DNA from: Bacteroidota bacterium
Lineage (GTDB): Bacteria; Bacteroidota; Bacteroidia; Chitinophagales; Chitinophagaceae
Reading direction: 5' to 3'
Length of the DNA stretch: 64,000 nucleotides
Assembly (NCBI GenBank): GCA_023429985.1
Contig: JAEZCV010000141.1
Span: forward strand, 1,857 to 65,856
Below the pieces are notes generated by a model, which was not told the origin of the DNA, did not search any database, and saw only the letters and a program-made list of their open reading frames with translations. Below, in pieces: positions 55,428-64,000 of this stretch. The translations under genes and the position numbers were made by a program. Each line of letters opens with the position of its first letter. Position 1 is the stretch's first letter.

Positions 55428-56267
55428 ATGCCAGATCTCGTAACCGTTTTTAGCAGGTGGTGGAAATTTATTCTTGGAATAACACTTCTAGCCGCAGTGC
55501 TTTCTTTAATTGTTTCTATGTTCAGTACCAAAGAGTTTTTAGGCGAAGCCACAGCCTTGCCGGCCAACAGCATGGTAGCAGATAAGGCCCGTCTTTTTAA
55601 CAACAACATTGAAGCGCTGTATTCCGATATTGGAACAGTAGACGAATTAGACCGGTTGGAAGGAACCGGCATATTAGATACTATTTACATTGCAGCTTCC
55701 GATTCATTCGATCTTGCCGGGCATTATAAAGAACCTGAATCACGCGAAAGCAGATTTAAGGCAGCACGTAAGCTGAAAAAAAATACAAAGGTTACAAGAA
55801 CAGCATTTGGAGAACTGAAAGTAAAGGTTTGGGATGAAGAAAGAAATATGGCAGCGGCACTTGCTAATTTTCTTATGAGAAGAATTGGACAGATCCACCA
55901 GCACCTTCAAAACGAAAACAGCCTGGGTATTCTTCAAAAAATGGAAGAAGAATTTGCAAAGAAACAGGAGCAATTCAGAACAATATCAGATTCAGTCCAA
56001 TCATTGCGGGGAGCAGATGCTGAAATGATGAATGCACGTAAAAATGCTTTGCTTGAACAACTTACCAGTTACCAGCAGGCAATTGACCAGTACAGGCTTT
56101 CTATTCATACTAACCCCCCGGTTTTATTAGTGGTAGAACACGCACGTGCCCCACTATGGCATGATAAACCAAAATCTTTTCAAACATTAATATTTACCAT
56201 AGTAGCTTCTTTGGCTGTTACATTTTTAATGGCGCTTTATATGGAAAGCAGAAAGCACAGGGTTTGA
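55428..56267 (+). CDS. Wzz-like polysaccharide chain-length regulator
   Basis: N- and C-terminal TM helices flanking a coiled-coil region; VVEHARAP...KPK before the last TM. Confidence 0.8.
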   Translation: MPDLVTVFSRWWKFILGITLLAAVLSLIVSMFSTKEFLGEATALPANSMVADKARLFNNNIEALYSDIGTVDELDRLEGTGILDTIYIAASDSFDLAGHYKEPESRESRFKAARKLKKNTKVTRTAFGELKVKVWDEERNMAAALANFLMRRIGQIHQHLQNENSLGILQKMEEEFAKKQEQFRTISDSVQSLRGADAEMMNARKNALLEQLTSYQQAIDQYRLSIHTNPPVLLVVEHARAPLWHDKPKSFQTLIFTIVASLAVTFLMALYMESRKHRV

Positions 56268-57712
56268 ATACAATAAACGTACATAAAAGACTTCCTTTAC
56301 TATTTTCAATTTTAATGCTGCTGGCAACAGGGGTTGCAGCATATTTTGATGAAAGCTACTGGTTACTGGTTCCTGTTGGTCTGATATTTTTCATTTACAC
56401 CATGCAGCAACCGCTGCACCTGTTTTATATTCTTCTGGCCACCATTCCATGGTCCATAGAATATAATATTACGCCTGCCCTGGGAACCGATCTGCCGGAT
56501 GAACCTCTCATGCTCCTTCTTTCCTTCATTTCTATTTCATATATAATATTTAAACGCAAAGAGCTGTCGTTAAGAAAAATTCATCCCCTGGTCTGGCTTG
56601 TAATTTTTCATTTTATCTGGCTTTGTGTCACCGTTATTTTTTCCAGTCATTTATTATTCTCTATAAAATTTGCTTTGGCAAAAGGATGGTACCTGTTTGC
56701 CTTTGTGGCGGCCCCCTTATTTTTTGTAAAGGATGCTAAAGAATTAAAAACCGCAGCCATTATATTAGTGGTTTGTATGGTGTCTTTTGCCATGCTAGCA
56801 TTATATAAGCACGCCCCTTATAACTGGTCGTTCGAAAAAATTAATACAGCACTGGAACCTGTTTACAGAAACCACGTAAATTATTCCGCTTTGCTGGTGT
56901 TTATGGTTCCGATTCAACTCGCCATTATCAGGCTTGTTCATTCAAGGCAGGCAAAAAATATTCTGATCTTCATACTGCTGATTTCTTTGGTTGCTTTATA
57001 TTTTTCTTATGCACGTGGGGCCTGGCTTTCTTTAATTACAGGTTATGGCGGCTATTGGTTGCTGAAGAAAAGAATGTTGTTCTTTGGTTTTGTTTTGGGG
57101 ATGTTTCTAACAATTGCAGCCGTGTTTTACTTAAAGCACGAAGACAGGTATGTAGCTTACTCACACGATTATAAAACCACCGTTTTTCATACTAATTTTA
57201 AGGAACACCTTGTGGCAACCTATAAAATGAAAGATGTTTCCACGGCGGAAAGATATTACAGGTGGATAGCCGGAGTACGAATGATTAAGGATGGATGGCA
57301 AACAGGCTTTGGCCCCAATACATTTTATTACCATTATAAAAGCTATACAGTTCCTGCTTATAAAACCTGGGTAAGTGTAAATAAAGAGAAATCAACGGTT
57401 CATAATTATTTTTTGTTCCTTTTAATTGAACAGGGCATTCTTGGATTTTTGCTTTTTGTATTTACACTGGGTGCCATGTTCTGGTATTTGCAGCGCATTT
57501 ATGCACGTACCAGTAAAAGGTTCTGGAAGATATTTGTGGCAACAATGGCGTCAATCCTGGTAATGATCTGCACCATCAATTTTTTAAGCGACCTTATTGA
57601 ATCAGATAAAGTAGGAAGCATTTTTTATATTATTCTTGCCTTTACCATTATAGCTGATCGAAAAACAAAGCAGGAATCAGATCTTGCCGCGGATATTCAA
57701 GGCATCTCTTAA
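56264..57712 (+). CDS. O-antigen ligase / Wzy_C family membrane protein
   Basis: Multi-TM; SYARGAWL, ERYYRW, GFGPNTF, HNYFL..LIEQGILG. Confidence 0.88.
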   Translation: MNTINVHKRLPLLFSILMLLATGVAAYFDESYWLLVPVGLIFFIYTMQQPLHLFYILLATIPWSIEYNITPALGTDLPDEPLMLLLSFISISYIIFKRKELSLRKIHPLVWLVIFHFIWLCVTVIFSSHLLFSIKFALAKGWYLFAFVAAPLFFVKDAKELKTAAIILVVCMVSFAMLALYKHAPYNWSFEKINTALEPVYRNHVNYSALLVFMVPIQLAIIRLVHSRQAKNILIFILLISLVALYFSYARGAWLSLITGYGGYWLLKKRMLFFGFVLGMFLTIAAVFYLKHEDRYVAYSHDYKTTVFHTNFKEHLVATYKMKDVSTAERYYRWIAGVRMIKDGWQTGFGPNTFYYHYKSYTVPAYKTWVSVNKEKSTVHNYFLFLLIEQGILGFLLFVFTLGAMFWYLQRIYARTSKRFWKIFVATMASILVMICTINFLSDLIESDKVGSIFYIILAFTIIADRKTKQESDLAADIQGIS

Positions 57713-58762
57713 GCCATTGCCTACTAAATTAAATGCAAGTACCAGTATCATTATGGCAAAACCCGGTGCTAATGCCAGCATAGGGTTTTGTGTGATGATG
57801 AAATTATAGTTTTCCTTGATCATAAGTCCCCAGCTGGGTGTGGGAGGCTGAACACCTACTCCCAGGAAACTTAATCCTGCTTCAATTACAATGGCGCTGG
57901 CAAAATTAGAAGCAGCTATTACAAGTATTGGTCCGAGTATGTTGGGCAGAATATGCCGGAAAATAATCCGTGCATTTGAAAATCCCAAAGCCCTTCCTGC
58001 TTCAACATACTGTAGTTCTCGGGTTGCCAATACCTGACCGCGTACCAGCCTTGCTACATTCACCCACATGGTTAATCCCACAGCAATAAATACCTGCCAG
58101 AAACCTTTGCCCAGTAAAAGAGTAATGGCAAAAACCAATAATAGTGTTGGAATGCTCCAGATCACATTAATAAGCCACATGATCACATTATCCCATTTCC
58201 CTCCAAAATATCCTGCAATTGCTCCCAGGAATATTCCCACTGTAAGTGAAATCAAAACGGTTATTAGTCCAACACTTAAACTCACTCTTGTTCCAATTAC
58301 AAGCCTGCTTAAAATATCGCGGCCATAAGTGTCGGTTCCCAAAAAAAATGTTTTGCTTACCACTGCTTCCTTTGCTAGAGAAGTTCTATGAAAGCTCATT
58401 GTTTCGGTAACACCTTCATCAATAAATTTCTCAACAATTAAACTGTCGCCTTTCCACTGATGTAAAGAAATGGGTACATGATCATAAGCATCGTTTTTTC
58501 CGCTGATCAGTCGTTGAAAAAAATTCACTTCATTTAATGATTGTTTTTTCACCTGGATAAAATCCTGTTGGTATCCTGGTTTTTCTCCGCCAATTTCTAA
58601 AATGATGCGATTAGAATAGGGCGAAGGATCTGGTGCAATAAAGTAACCGAAGATGGCAATGAAAACAGAAAGAATGATCATCACCAGTCCTGCCATGGCA
58701 CCTTTGTTTTTTTTCAGTCTTTTCCAGGATGACTGCCAGAACGATGGCGAGGATCTTTCCAT
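57677..58762 (-). CDS. Peptide ABC transporter permease (OppC/DppC-like)
   Basis: LGTDTYGRDILSR, YVEAGRALG EAA loop, EAGLSFLGVG, FNLVGNGLRDAL. Confidence 0.93.
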   Translation of the reverse strand: MERSSPSFWQSSWKRLKKNKGAMAGLVMIILSVFIAIFGYFIAPDPSPYSNRIILEIGGEKPGYQQDFIQVKKQSLNEVNFFQRLISGKNDAYDHVPISLHQWKGDSLIVEKFIDEGVTETMSFHRTSLAKEAVVSKTFFLGTDTYGRDILSRLVIGTRVSLSVGLITVLISLTVGIFLGAIAGYFGGKWDNVIMWLINVIWSIPTLLLVFAITLLLGKGFWQVFIAVGLTMWVNVARLVRGQVLATRELQYVEAGRALGFSNARIIFRHILPNILGPILVIAASNFASAIVIEAGLSFLGVGVQPPTPSWGLMIKENYNFIITQNPMLALAPGFAIMILVLAFNLVGNGLRDALNIRGKI

Positions 58763-58776
58763 TAATTCAAAATAGT

Positions 58777-59889
58777 TTATTTAGTGCTACGCCCTTTCCA
58801 TTCATAATTCCCAAACTGGCTCCAAAGGCCGGTAAAAATGGTGTAAATTAAATGCAAGGGTTGATATAGGAACAGGTATTTCAATAATTCTTCTTCTTTA
58901 TAAAACTTTGCCACATCTTTCAGGAACCAGAATTCGATACATGCCTTTACCAGCATAAAAATAAAAGCATAAAAGAAATGAATGGGAGAGAATAATCCTG
59001 ATACTGCCAGAACAAAGAACCACAAATTGAATACATAAGCAAAAATCAAAATGAATTTGATCTTTATGTCATCATACATAAGATTCTTGCTGGCCCATCT
59101 TCTTCTTTGCATTAAAAAACTTTTCCATGATGGCATAGGTTGCGTTTTTACAATGGCATTTTCATTTTTGAGATAGTGAATTTTTAACGGATGATTTTTT
59201 CTGATCTTATGCATCAGCAGCATATCATCTCCCGAGGCAATTCTATCTATGCCTTCAAATCCGTTAACATCTTCAAACGCCTTCCTGCTATAAGCAAGGT
59301 TAGCCCCATTACACATGTAATGAAGGTTCAAAGCTATTCCGGAAGCGGTGATGCCCTGCAGCATCATAAAATCAAGGGCCTGGAATCTTTCTATCAAACG
59401 ATCCCTATAGTTGAATTTAACAGGTGCAGCAATAAAAAGGGATTGGTTATCCACGCAGAATGCAGCAATCGTTTCCAGCCATGAAGGTGGTAACTGGCAG
59501 TCGGCATCTGTGGCCACAATTAATGCACCTGTTGTTTGAGAAATGGCAAACTCAATTGCTTTTTTCTTGCCTCCCATAGAAGCTTCCAGTGGCAATACCC
59601 GGATATTTGAATGTTGCTGCTGTGAAATGAGTTGAAAGGTATTGTCGGTGGAGTGGTCATCAACAATTACCACCTCAAAATTTTCGGAGGAATAGGTTTG
59701 AGAAAGGAGACTATCTAAAAGGCGGGGAATGTTTTCAGCCTCATTTCGGGCTGCAATTACCACCGAAATTTTTAAAGGGTTTTCAGGCCTTTCACTAACA
59801 TAATCAACGGTTTTTTGCCAGCCCTTTCTATAGTAGAAAAACAGTATACCGTAAGAAAGGAGAAAAAAAAGGGTGATGCCGGGGGCCAT
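58777..59889 (-). CDS. GT2 family glycosyltransferase (membrane-bound)
   Basis: IAARNE, VDDHSTD, TDADC, GDD, QRRRW. Confidence 0.93.
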   Translation of the reverse strand: MAPGITLFFLLSYGILFFYYRKGWQKTVDYVSERPENPLKISVVIAARNEAENIPRLLDSLLSQTYSSENFEVVIVDDHSTDNTFQLISQQQHSNIRVLPLEASMGGKKKAIEFAISQTTGALIVATDADCQLPPSWLETIAAFCVDNQSLFIAAPVKFNYRDRLIERFQALDFMMLQGITASGIALNLHYMCNGANLAYSRKAFEDVNGFEGIDRIASGDDMLLMHKIRKNHPLKIHYLKNENAIVKTQPMPSWKSFLMQRRRWASKNLMYDDIKIKFILIFAYVFNLWFFVLAVSGLFSPIHFFYAFIFMLVKACIEFWFLKDVAKFYKEEELLKYLFLYQPLHLIYTIFTGLWSQFGNYEWKGRSTK

Positions 59890-59990
59890 AAGGCAAATCT
59901 AATCTTCAGCCATTAGATGACCTAAGCAGCCTGCAATCAGGGGCAATGATTTTTATTTGGAAATAAAAAAGAGGTTTATTAAATTTACTT

Positions 59991-60006
59991 AGTTGCATAA
60001 ACAACT
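59991..60006. promoter_or_regulatory. Candidate MarR autoregulatory operator
   Basis: Inverted repeat AGTTG-cataaa-CAACT ending 2 nt before the marR ATG. Confidence 0.6.
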
Positions 60007-60008
60007 GT

Positions 60009-60458
60009 ATGCCAAACAACCATTATAAAAAAGGAGAATTATACAGCTTTATTACAGGTAAGGCTTCCATAGCCATTGCCCGCAGGTTGCAGAAGAAATT
60101 CAATGCTTCCAGTATCAATCTTACCATAGAACAATGGAGTGTTCTTTATCATTTATGGAAGCAGGATGGCGCCAGTCAGCAGGAATTATGCAATGCAAGT
60201 TTTCGCGATAAGCCCAGCATCACCAGGCTGGTGGACAACCTGGAAAAATTACAGCTTGTAAAAAGAGTATCTGATGAAAAAGACCGACGTATCAATAAAA
60301 TATTTCTGACCAGGCAGGCGCAGGATCTGGAGGAAGAAACCATGAGACTTGCAGAAGAGACTTTGAACGAGGCGCTTGAAGGCGTTCCTGCCGACCAGGT
60401 GGAACTTTGTAAATCTGTTCTCCAAAGAGTATATGATAACCTTAATGGCTCAAATTAA
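60009..60458 (+). CDS. MarR-family transcriptional regulator
   Basis: LTIEQWSVL, DKPSITRLVDNLEK, DRRINKIFLT. Confidence 0.93.
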   Translation: MPNNHYKKGELYSFITGKASIAIARRLQKKFNASSINLTIEQWSVLYHLWKQDGASQQELCNASFRDKPSITRLVDNLEKLQLVKRVSDEKDRRINKIFLTRQAQDLEEETMRLAEETLNEALEGVPADQVELCKSVLQRVYDNLNGSN

Positions 60459-60477
60459 AAACCTAAAAATGTAAATA

Positions 60478-62277
60478 ATGGAAACCCAGGTAAATCAATC
60501 ATTAAAAGGTGGCGAATGGCTGGTTAAAGAATCAGCTCCTGAGAAAACATTCATTCCCGAAGATTTTTCCGAAGAGCAGAAAATGATCAGGGACATGTGT
60601 AACCAGTACCTGGATGCTGAAGTTATGCCCATACTCGACCGCATTGATAAAATGGAGCCGGGTTTAATGAAATCGCTGGTTCAAAAGGCGGGAGAGCAGG
60701 GTTTGCTGGCCACTTCATTTCCGGAAGAATTTGGGGGATTGGGAAAAGATTTTATTACATCCACCATTATCAATGAATATTTGGGCGCCGGGCATTCGTT
60801 TTCTGTTGCCATTTCTGCACATACAGGAATTGGTACCCTTCCCATTTTGTATTTCGGAACAGAAGAACAAAAACAGAAATACATTCCCAATTTAATAAAT
60901 GGAACCTGGACAGGGGCTTATGGATTAACGGAGCCGGATAGTGGCAGTGATGCACTTGGTGCCAAATCCACCGCAAGATTAAGTGCAGATGGAAGCCATT
61001 ATTTGTTGAACGGACAAAAATGCTGGATCACTAATGGTGGTTTTGCAGATGTTTATACCGTGTTTGCAAAAGTGGAAGGCGAAAATCTTCCCAACGGCCA
61101 GTCGGGATTTACGGCATTTATAGTTGAAAGAGGATTTGAAGGATTTACCCAGGGCCCTGAAGAAGATAAAATGGGCATTAAAGGTTCTTCAACCGTGCAA
61201 TTATATTTCCAGGACTGCAAGGTGCCGGCTGCAAATGTTTTGGGTGAAGTAGGTAAAGGCCATAAGATCGCTTTCAACATACTTAATATCGGAAGACTGA
61301 AACTTTGTGCCGCAGCATTGGGTGGTGCCAAGCGAGCCATTACAACATCTGTTGAATATGCCATTACGCGCGAACAGTTTAAAACTGCCATTGCAAATTT
61401 CGGTGCCATTAAACATAAACTTGCCGAAATGGCCATTCAGGCTTTTGCAAGTGAAAGTGCCTTATACCGCACGGCAAAAATGATTGATGATAAGGAGCAT
61501 GAATTGTTAGCGTCCGGCAAACCATTTAATGAAGCCTTGTTGGGTGCTGCCGAAGAATTTGCAATTGAGTGTGCCATACTAAAAGTTCATGGTAGTGAAA
61601 TGCTTGATTTTATTGTTGACGAAGGTGTGCAGATTCATGGCGGCAATGGCTATAGTGCAGAATATAATATTTCAAGAGCATACCGCGACAGTCGTATTAA
61701 CCGTATTTATGAGGGAACAAATGAGATCAACCGGCTGCTTACTGTTGACATGACATTGAAGCGTGCCATGCAGGGCAGATTGAATATTATGGGTCCTGCA
61801 ATGAAAGTATCGCAGGAGTTAATGAGTATTCCTGACTTTGGAGATTCGGAAACGTCTGAATTTTCAGAAGCGGTAAAGCTGGTGAATGGGTTTAAGAAAG
61901 CTGTTTTGCTTACGGCCGGTGCTGCCGCTCAAAAATTAATGATGCAGCTGGAGCATGAGCAGGAAATACTGATGTCTGTTGCCGATATGGCCATTGATAC
62001 ATATATAGCCGAAAGTTTATTGTTAAGGGTTATGAAACTTGCAGGAAATGGAAATGATGGATTAATGAAGGATATTCTTGAAGTTTACCTGAACGATGCT
62101 GCCGACAGGATACATAAGAACGGCAGGGATGCTATAAACGCATTTGCGGAAGGTGATGAACAAAGAATGATCCTTATGGGATTAAAAAGATTTACAAAAG
62201 CAAAAGCTTGTAATACAAAAAATGCAAGAAGGCGTATTGCCGATCATTTGATTGAAATGAAAAGCTATCCGTTTTAA
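60478..62277 (+). CDS. Acyl-CoA dehydrogenase
   Basis: LTEPDSGSDA, NGQKCWITN, KMGIKGSST, VQIHGGNGY, RIYEGTNEINR. Confidence 0.96.
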   Translation: METQVNQSLKGGEWLVKESAPEKTFIPEDFSEEQKMIRDMCNQYLDAEVMPILDRIDKMEPGLMKSLVQKAGEQGLLATSFPEEFGGLGKDFITSTIINEYLGAGHSFSVAISAHTGIGTLPILYFGTEEQKQKYIPNLINGTWTGAYGLTEPDSGSDALGAKSTARLSADGSHYLLNGQKCWITNGGFADVYTVFAKVEGENLPNGQSGFTAFIVERGFEGFTQGPEEDKMGIKGSSTVQLYFQDCKVPAANVLGEVGKGHKIAFNILNIGRLKLCAAALGGAKRAITTSVEYAITREQFKTAIANFGAIKHKLAEMAIQAFASESALYRTAKMIDDKEHELLASGKPFNEALLGAAEEFAIECAILKVHGSEMLDFIVDEGVQIHGGNGYSAEYNISRAYRDSRINRIYEGTNEINRLLTVDMTLKRAMQGRLNIMGPAMKVSQELMSIPDFGDSETSEFSEAVKLVNGFKKAVLLTAGAAAQKLMMQLEHEQEILMSVADMAIDTYIAESLLLRVMKLAGNGNDGLMKDILEVYLNDAADRIHKNGRDAINAFAEGDEQRMILMGLKRFTKAKACNTKNARRRIADHLIEMKSYPF

Positions 62278-62966
62278 GAGTTAAAGAAAATGGCAAGCTC
62301 CTTTCGGGTGTTTTGTAATTCTTTTAATTGCTTCAGTCTTTTTTGTATAAGAATGATGCCTGCAGCCATAATTAAAGAAGCTGTAAGAGAGGAAATAAAA
62401 TACAATAAAAAAGCATCAGCTACGTCTGGTGTTTTTTGTATGTAATAGAAGTAATAAACAAAGGCATAGCAACCATAAGCAAAAAGTATGGATACAAGCA
62501 TTAAAGTGCGGCCGGCATTTTTACCATAAACTATTGTAATTTTTATATGCCTTACAAAAAGGTAAAAAGAGTAAATAACAATTACCGCCAGGCCCGGCCC
62601 CATAATATAAACGATCACCTCAGGGTTCAAGCCAAAGTTAAATGCAAGTGCAACTTCATAAATTAAAAATATGGCCGTAACAATGCGAACAGATTTCTGA
62701 TTTTGTTTAATGGGACAAAAGAAAAGCAAAGCGATTAGCATAAGTGGTATGTCAACATAATTATTTACCACTCCAAAGCTCCTGAGAAATCCAGGCGATA
62801 TATTGAAAAAATCAAGTGAAAGAAAATTAAACAATGCTGTAAAAATATAGGAGATCATAAGGGCCATCAGGCTCCTGTGATGATATAATTTATAGTATAT
62901 TATTAATGCTGCCGGCAACAGGAAGGACAAGCTGGCCGCAACACCAATAAAGGTATTCGTACTCAT
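62274..62966 (-). CDS. Hypothetical 7-TM membrane protein
   Basis: 230-aa ORF with about seven hydrophobic helices. Confidence 0.8.
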   Translation of the reverse strand: MSTNTFIGVAASLSFLLPAALIIYYKLYHHRSLMALMISYIFTALFNFLSLDFFNISPGFLRSFGVVNNYVDIPLMLIALLFFCPIKQNQKSVRIVTAIFLIYEVALAFNFGLNPEVIVYIMGPGLAVIVIYSFYLFVRHIKITIVYGKNAGRTLMLVSILFAYGCYAFVYYFYYIQKTPDVADAFLLYFISSLTASLIMAAGIILIQKRLKQLKELQNTRKELAIFFNS

Positions 62967-63107
62967 AGGATATGGATTTTATGTAAACCTTCGTTTACAA
63001 CAACGAATGTATAGCAGTAAATGCTTATTTCATAGCATTGAAATAAAATGGAGTACTACCACGAAATTGTATTGGTAGATTTACTAAAGTATTCAGGTAG
63101 TTCTTGG

Positions 63108-63971
63108 TTATTTTAAGGCAAATGAAGCATATAGCCAAACCGCAACAACAGCAAATAAAAGTGAATCAAAACGGTCTAAAAAACCTCCATGCCCAGGCAT
63201 GATCCGCCCACTGTCTTTAACGCCCGCCATTCGTTTTAGTTTGCTTTCAAACAGGTCGCCATAGGTTCCTGTAATTGCAGCAATAGCCGACATAATTGCT
63301 GCATGTGTAATGCTTAATCGATTGGTAAAATATGCAAGAGCAGAAATGACTATTATAGTAAGAATAATTCCACCTATTGTTCCTTCCCATGTTTTTTTTG
63401 GTGATATAGAAGTTAATGGTGTTTTCCCAATAAAAGATCCAACCACGTAAGCCATGGTATCATTGATCCACAAAGAAAAAATGGTAAGCAGAGGAATGGT
63501 GAGGGCCAGCCCGTATTCTTCTTCATTCCAGTAAGTGCGCAGGTCAATCATCATGGCGAGTGGAAGAGAGATATACAATATGCCTAGAAGTGAAAAGAGA
63601 ATATTTTTTATCAGGATCGTTTTTGATTCCAGCAACATGATTAGTGGGATAAGAATAAGCAGGGCCGCGCCAAGATAGAATCCTGCCTTAGTAAAAATGA
63701 TGTTACCGATAAATAATACATCATTTGTAAAAAATAAAAGAAAGCTAAACCCGGCTATCATGATGCCATACCGGTGAAAAGCTATGATTTTTTTATAGTC
63801 AGGATTGAATTTTTCCACCAGCGACTGGTATTCAACCCATGCGCCGAAATGTATAACTGAAAATAAAATGAAGAAGGTCCAGCTGTTATACAGCAATCCA
63901 AACATCATTACAATAACAAAAACAATTGCTGTTAATGCACGGGTTTTAAACGTTGGCCAGTTCAAAGCCAT
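63108..63971 (-). CDS. cdsA: Phosphatidate cytidylyltransferase
   Basis: DTMAYVVG, ISPKKTWEG, GDLFESKLKR..GVKDSG..PGHGGFLDRFD. Confidence 0.96.
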   Translation of the reverse strand: MALNWPTFKTRALTAIVFVIVMMFGLLYNSWTFFILFSVIHFGAWVEYQSLVEKFNPDYKKIIAFHRYGIMIAGFSFLLFFTNDVLFIGNIIFTKAGFYLGAALLILIPLIMLLESKTILIKNILFSLLGILYISLPLAMMIDLRTYWNEEEYGLALTIPLLTIFSLWINDTMAYVVGSFIGKTPLTSISPKKTWEGTIGGIILTIIVISALAYFTNRLSITHAAIMSAIAAITGTYGDLFESKLKRMAGVKDSGRIMPGHGGFLDRFDSLLFAVVAVWLYASFALK

Positions 63972-64000
63972 ATCAGTAATTTTTTATTTCAGGATTAAGA

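Noticed and set aside
1..64000. Mobile elements, prophage or anti-phage defence island
   Set aside because: No transposase, integrase, phage structural or recognisable defence genes, and no long terminal repeats were seen.

Overview
AT-rich, gene-dense chromosomal segment from a Bacteroidota organism, most likely Chitinophagaceae-like (TAnnTTTG promoters, gene repertoire). It has about 55 mostly housekeeping or stress genes: ligD, glgX-treZ-treY/malQ, rpoN, kdnA-like aminotransferase, ahpC-ahpD, typA, ctaA, rnhB, korB, asnB, a cystathionine gamma-synthase/lyase, an asnC-wzx-wzz-wzy/waaL block, acyl-CoA dehydrogenase and cdsA. I saw no CRISPR array, transposase, integrase, prophage or rRNA. 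The most unusual element is a 122-nt tRNA-like gene on the minus strand (53259-53380). It has a GUC anticodon with aspartate identity elements, C33 in place of U33, a Leu-type D arm and a 50-nt variable region. It carries its own predicted promoter and terminator and diverges from an Lrp/AsnC regulator. Other points: an in-frame TGA at codon 4 of typA, a collapsed Dcp/M3 peptidase pseudogene, sigma54-like promoters before stress genes, several apparently leaderless genes, and candidate LytTR, OxyR and MarR operators. All family calls come from motif recognition by eye; no searches were run.
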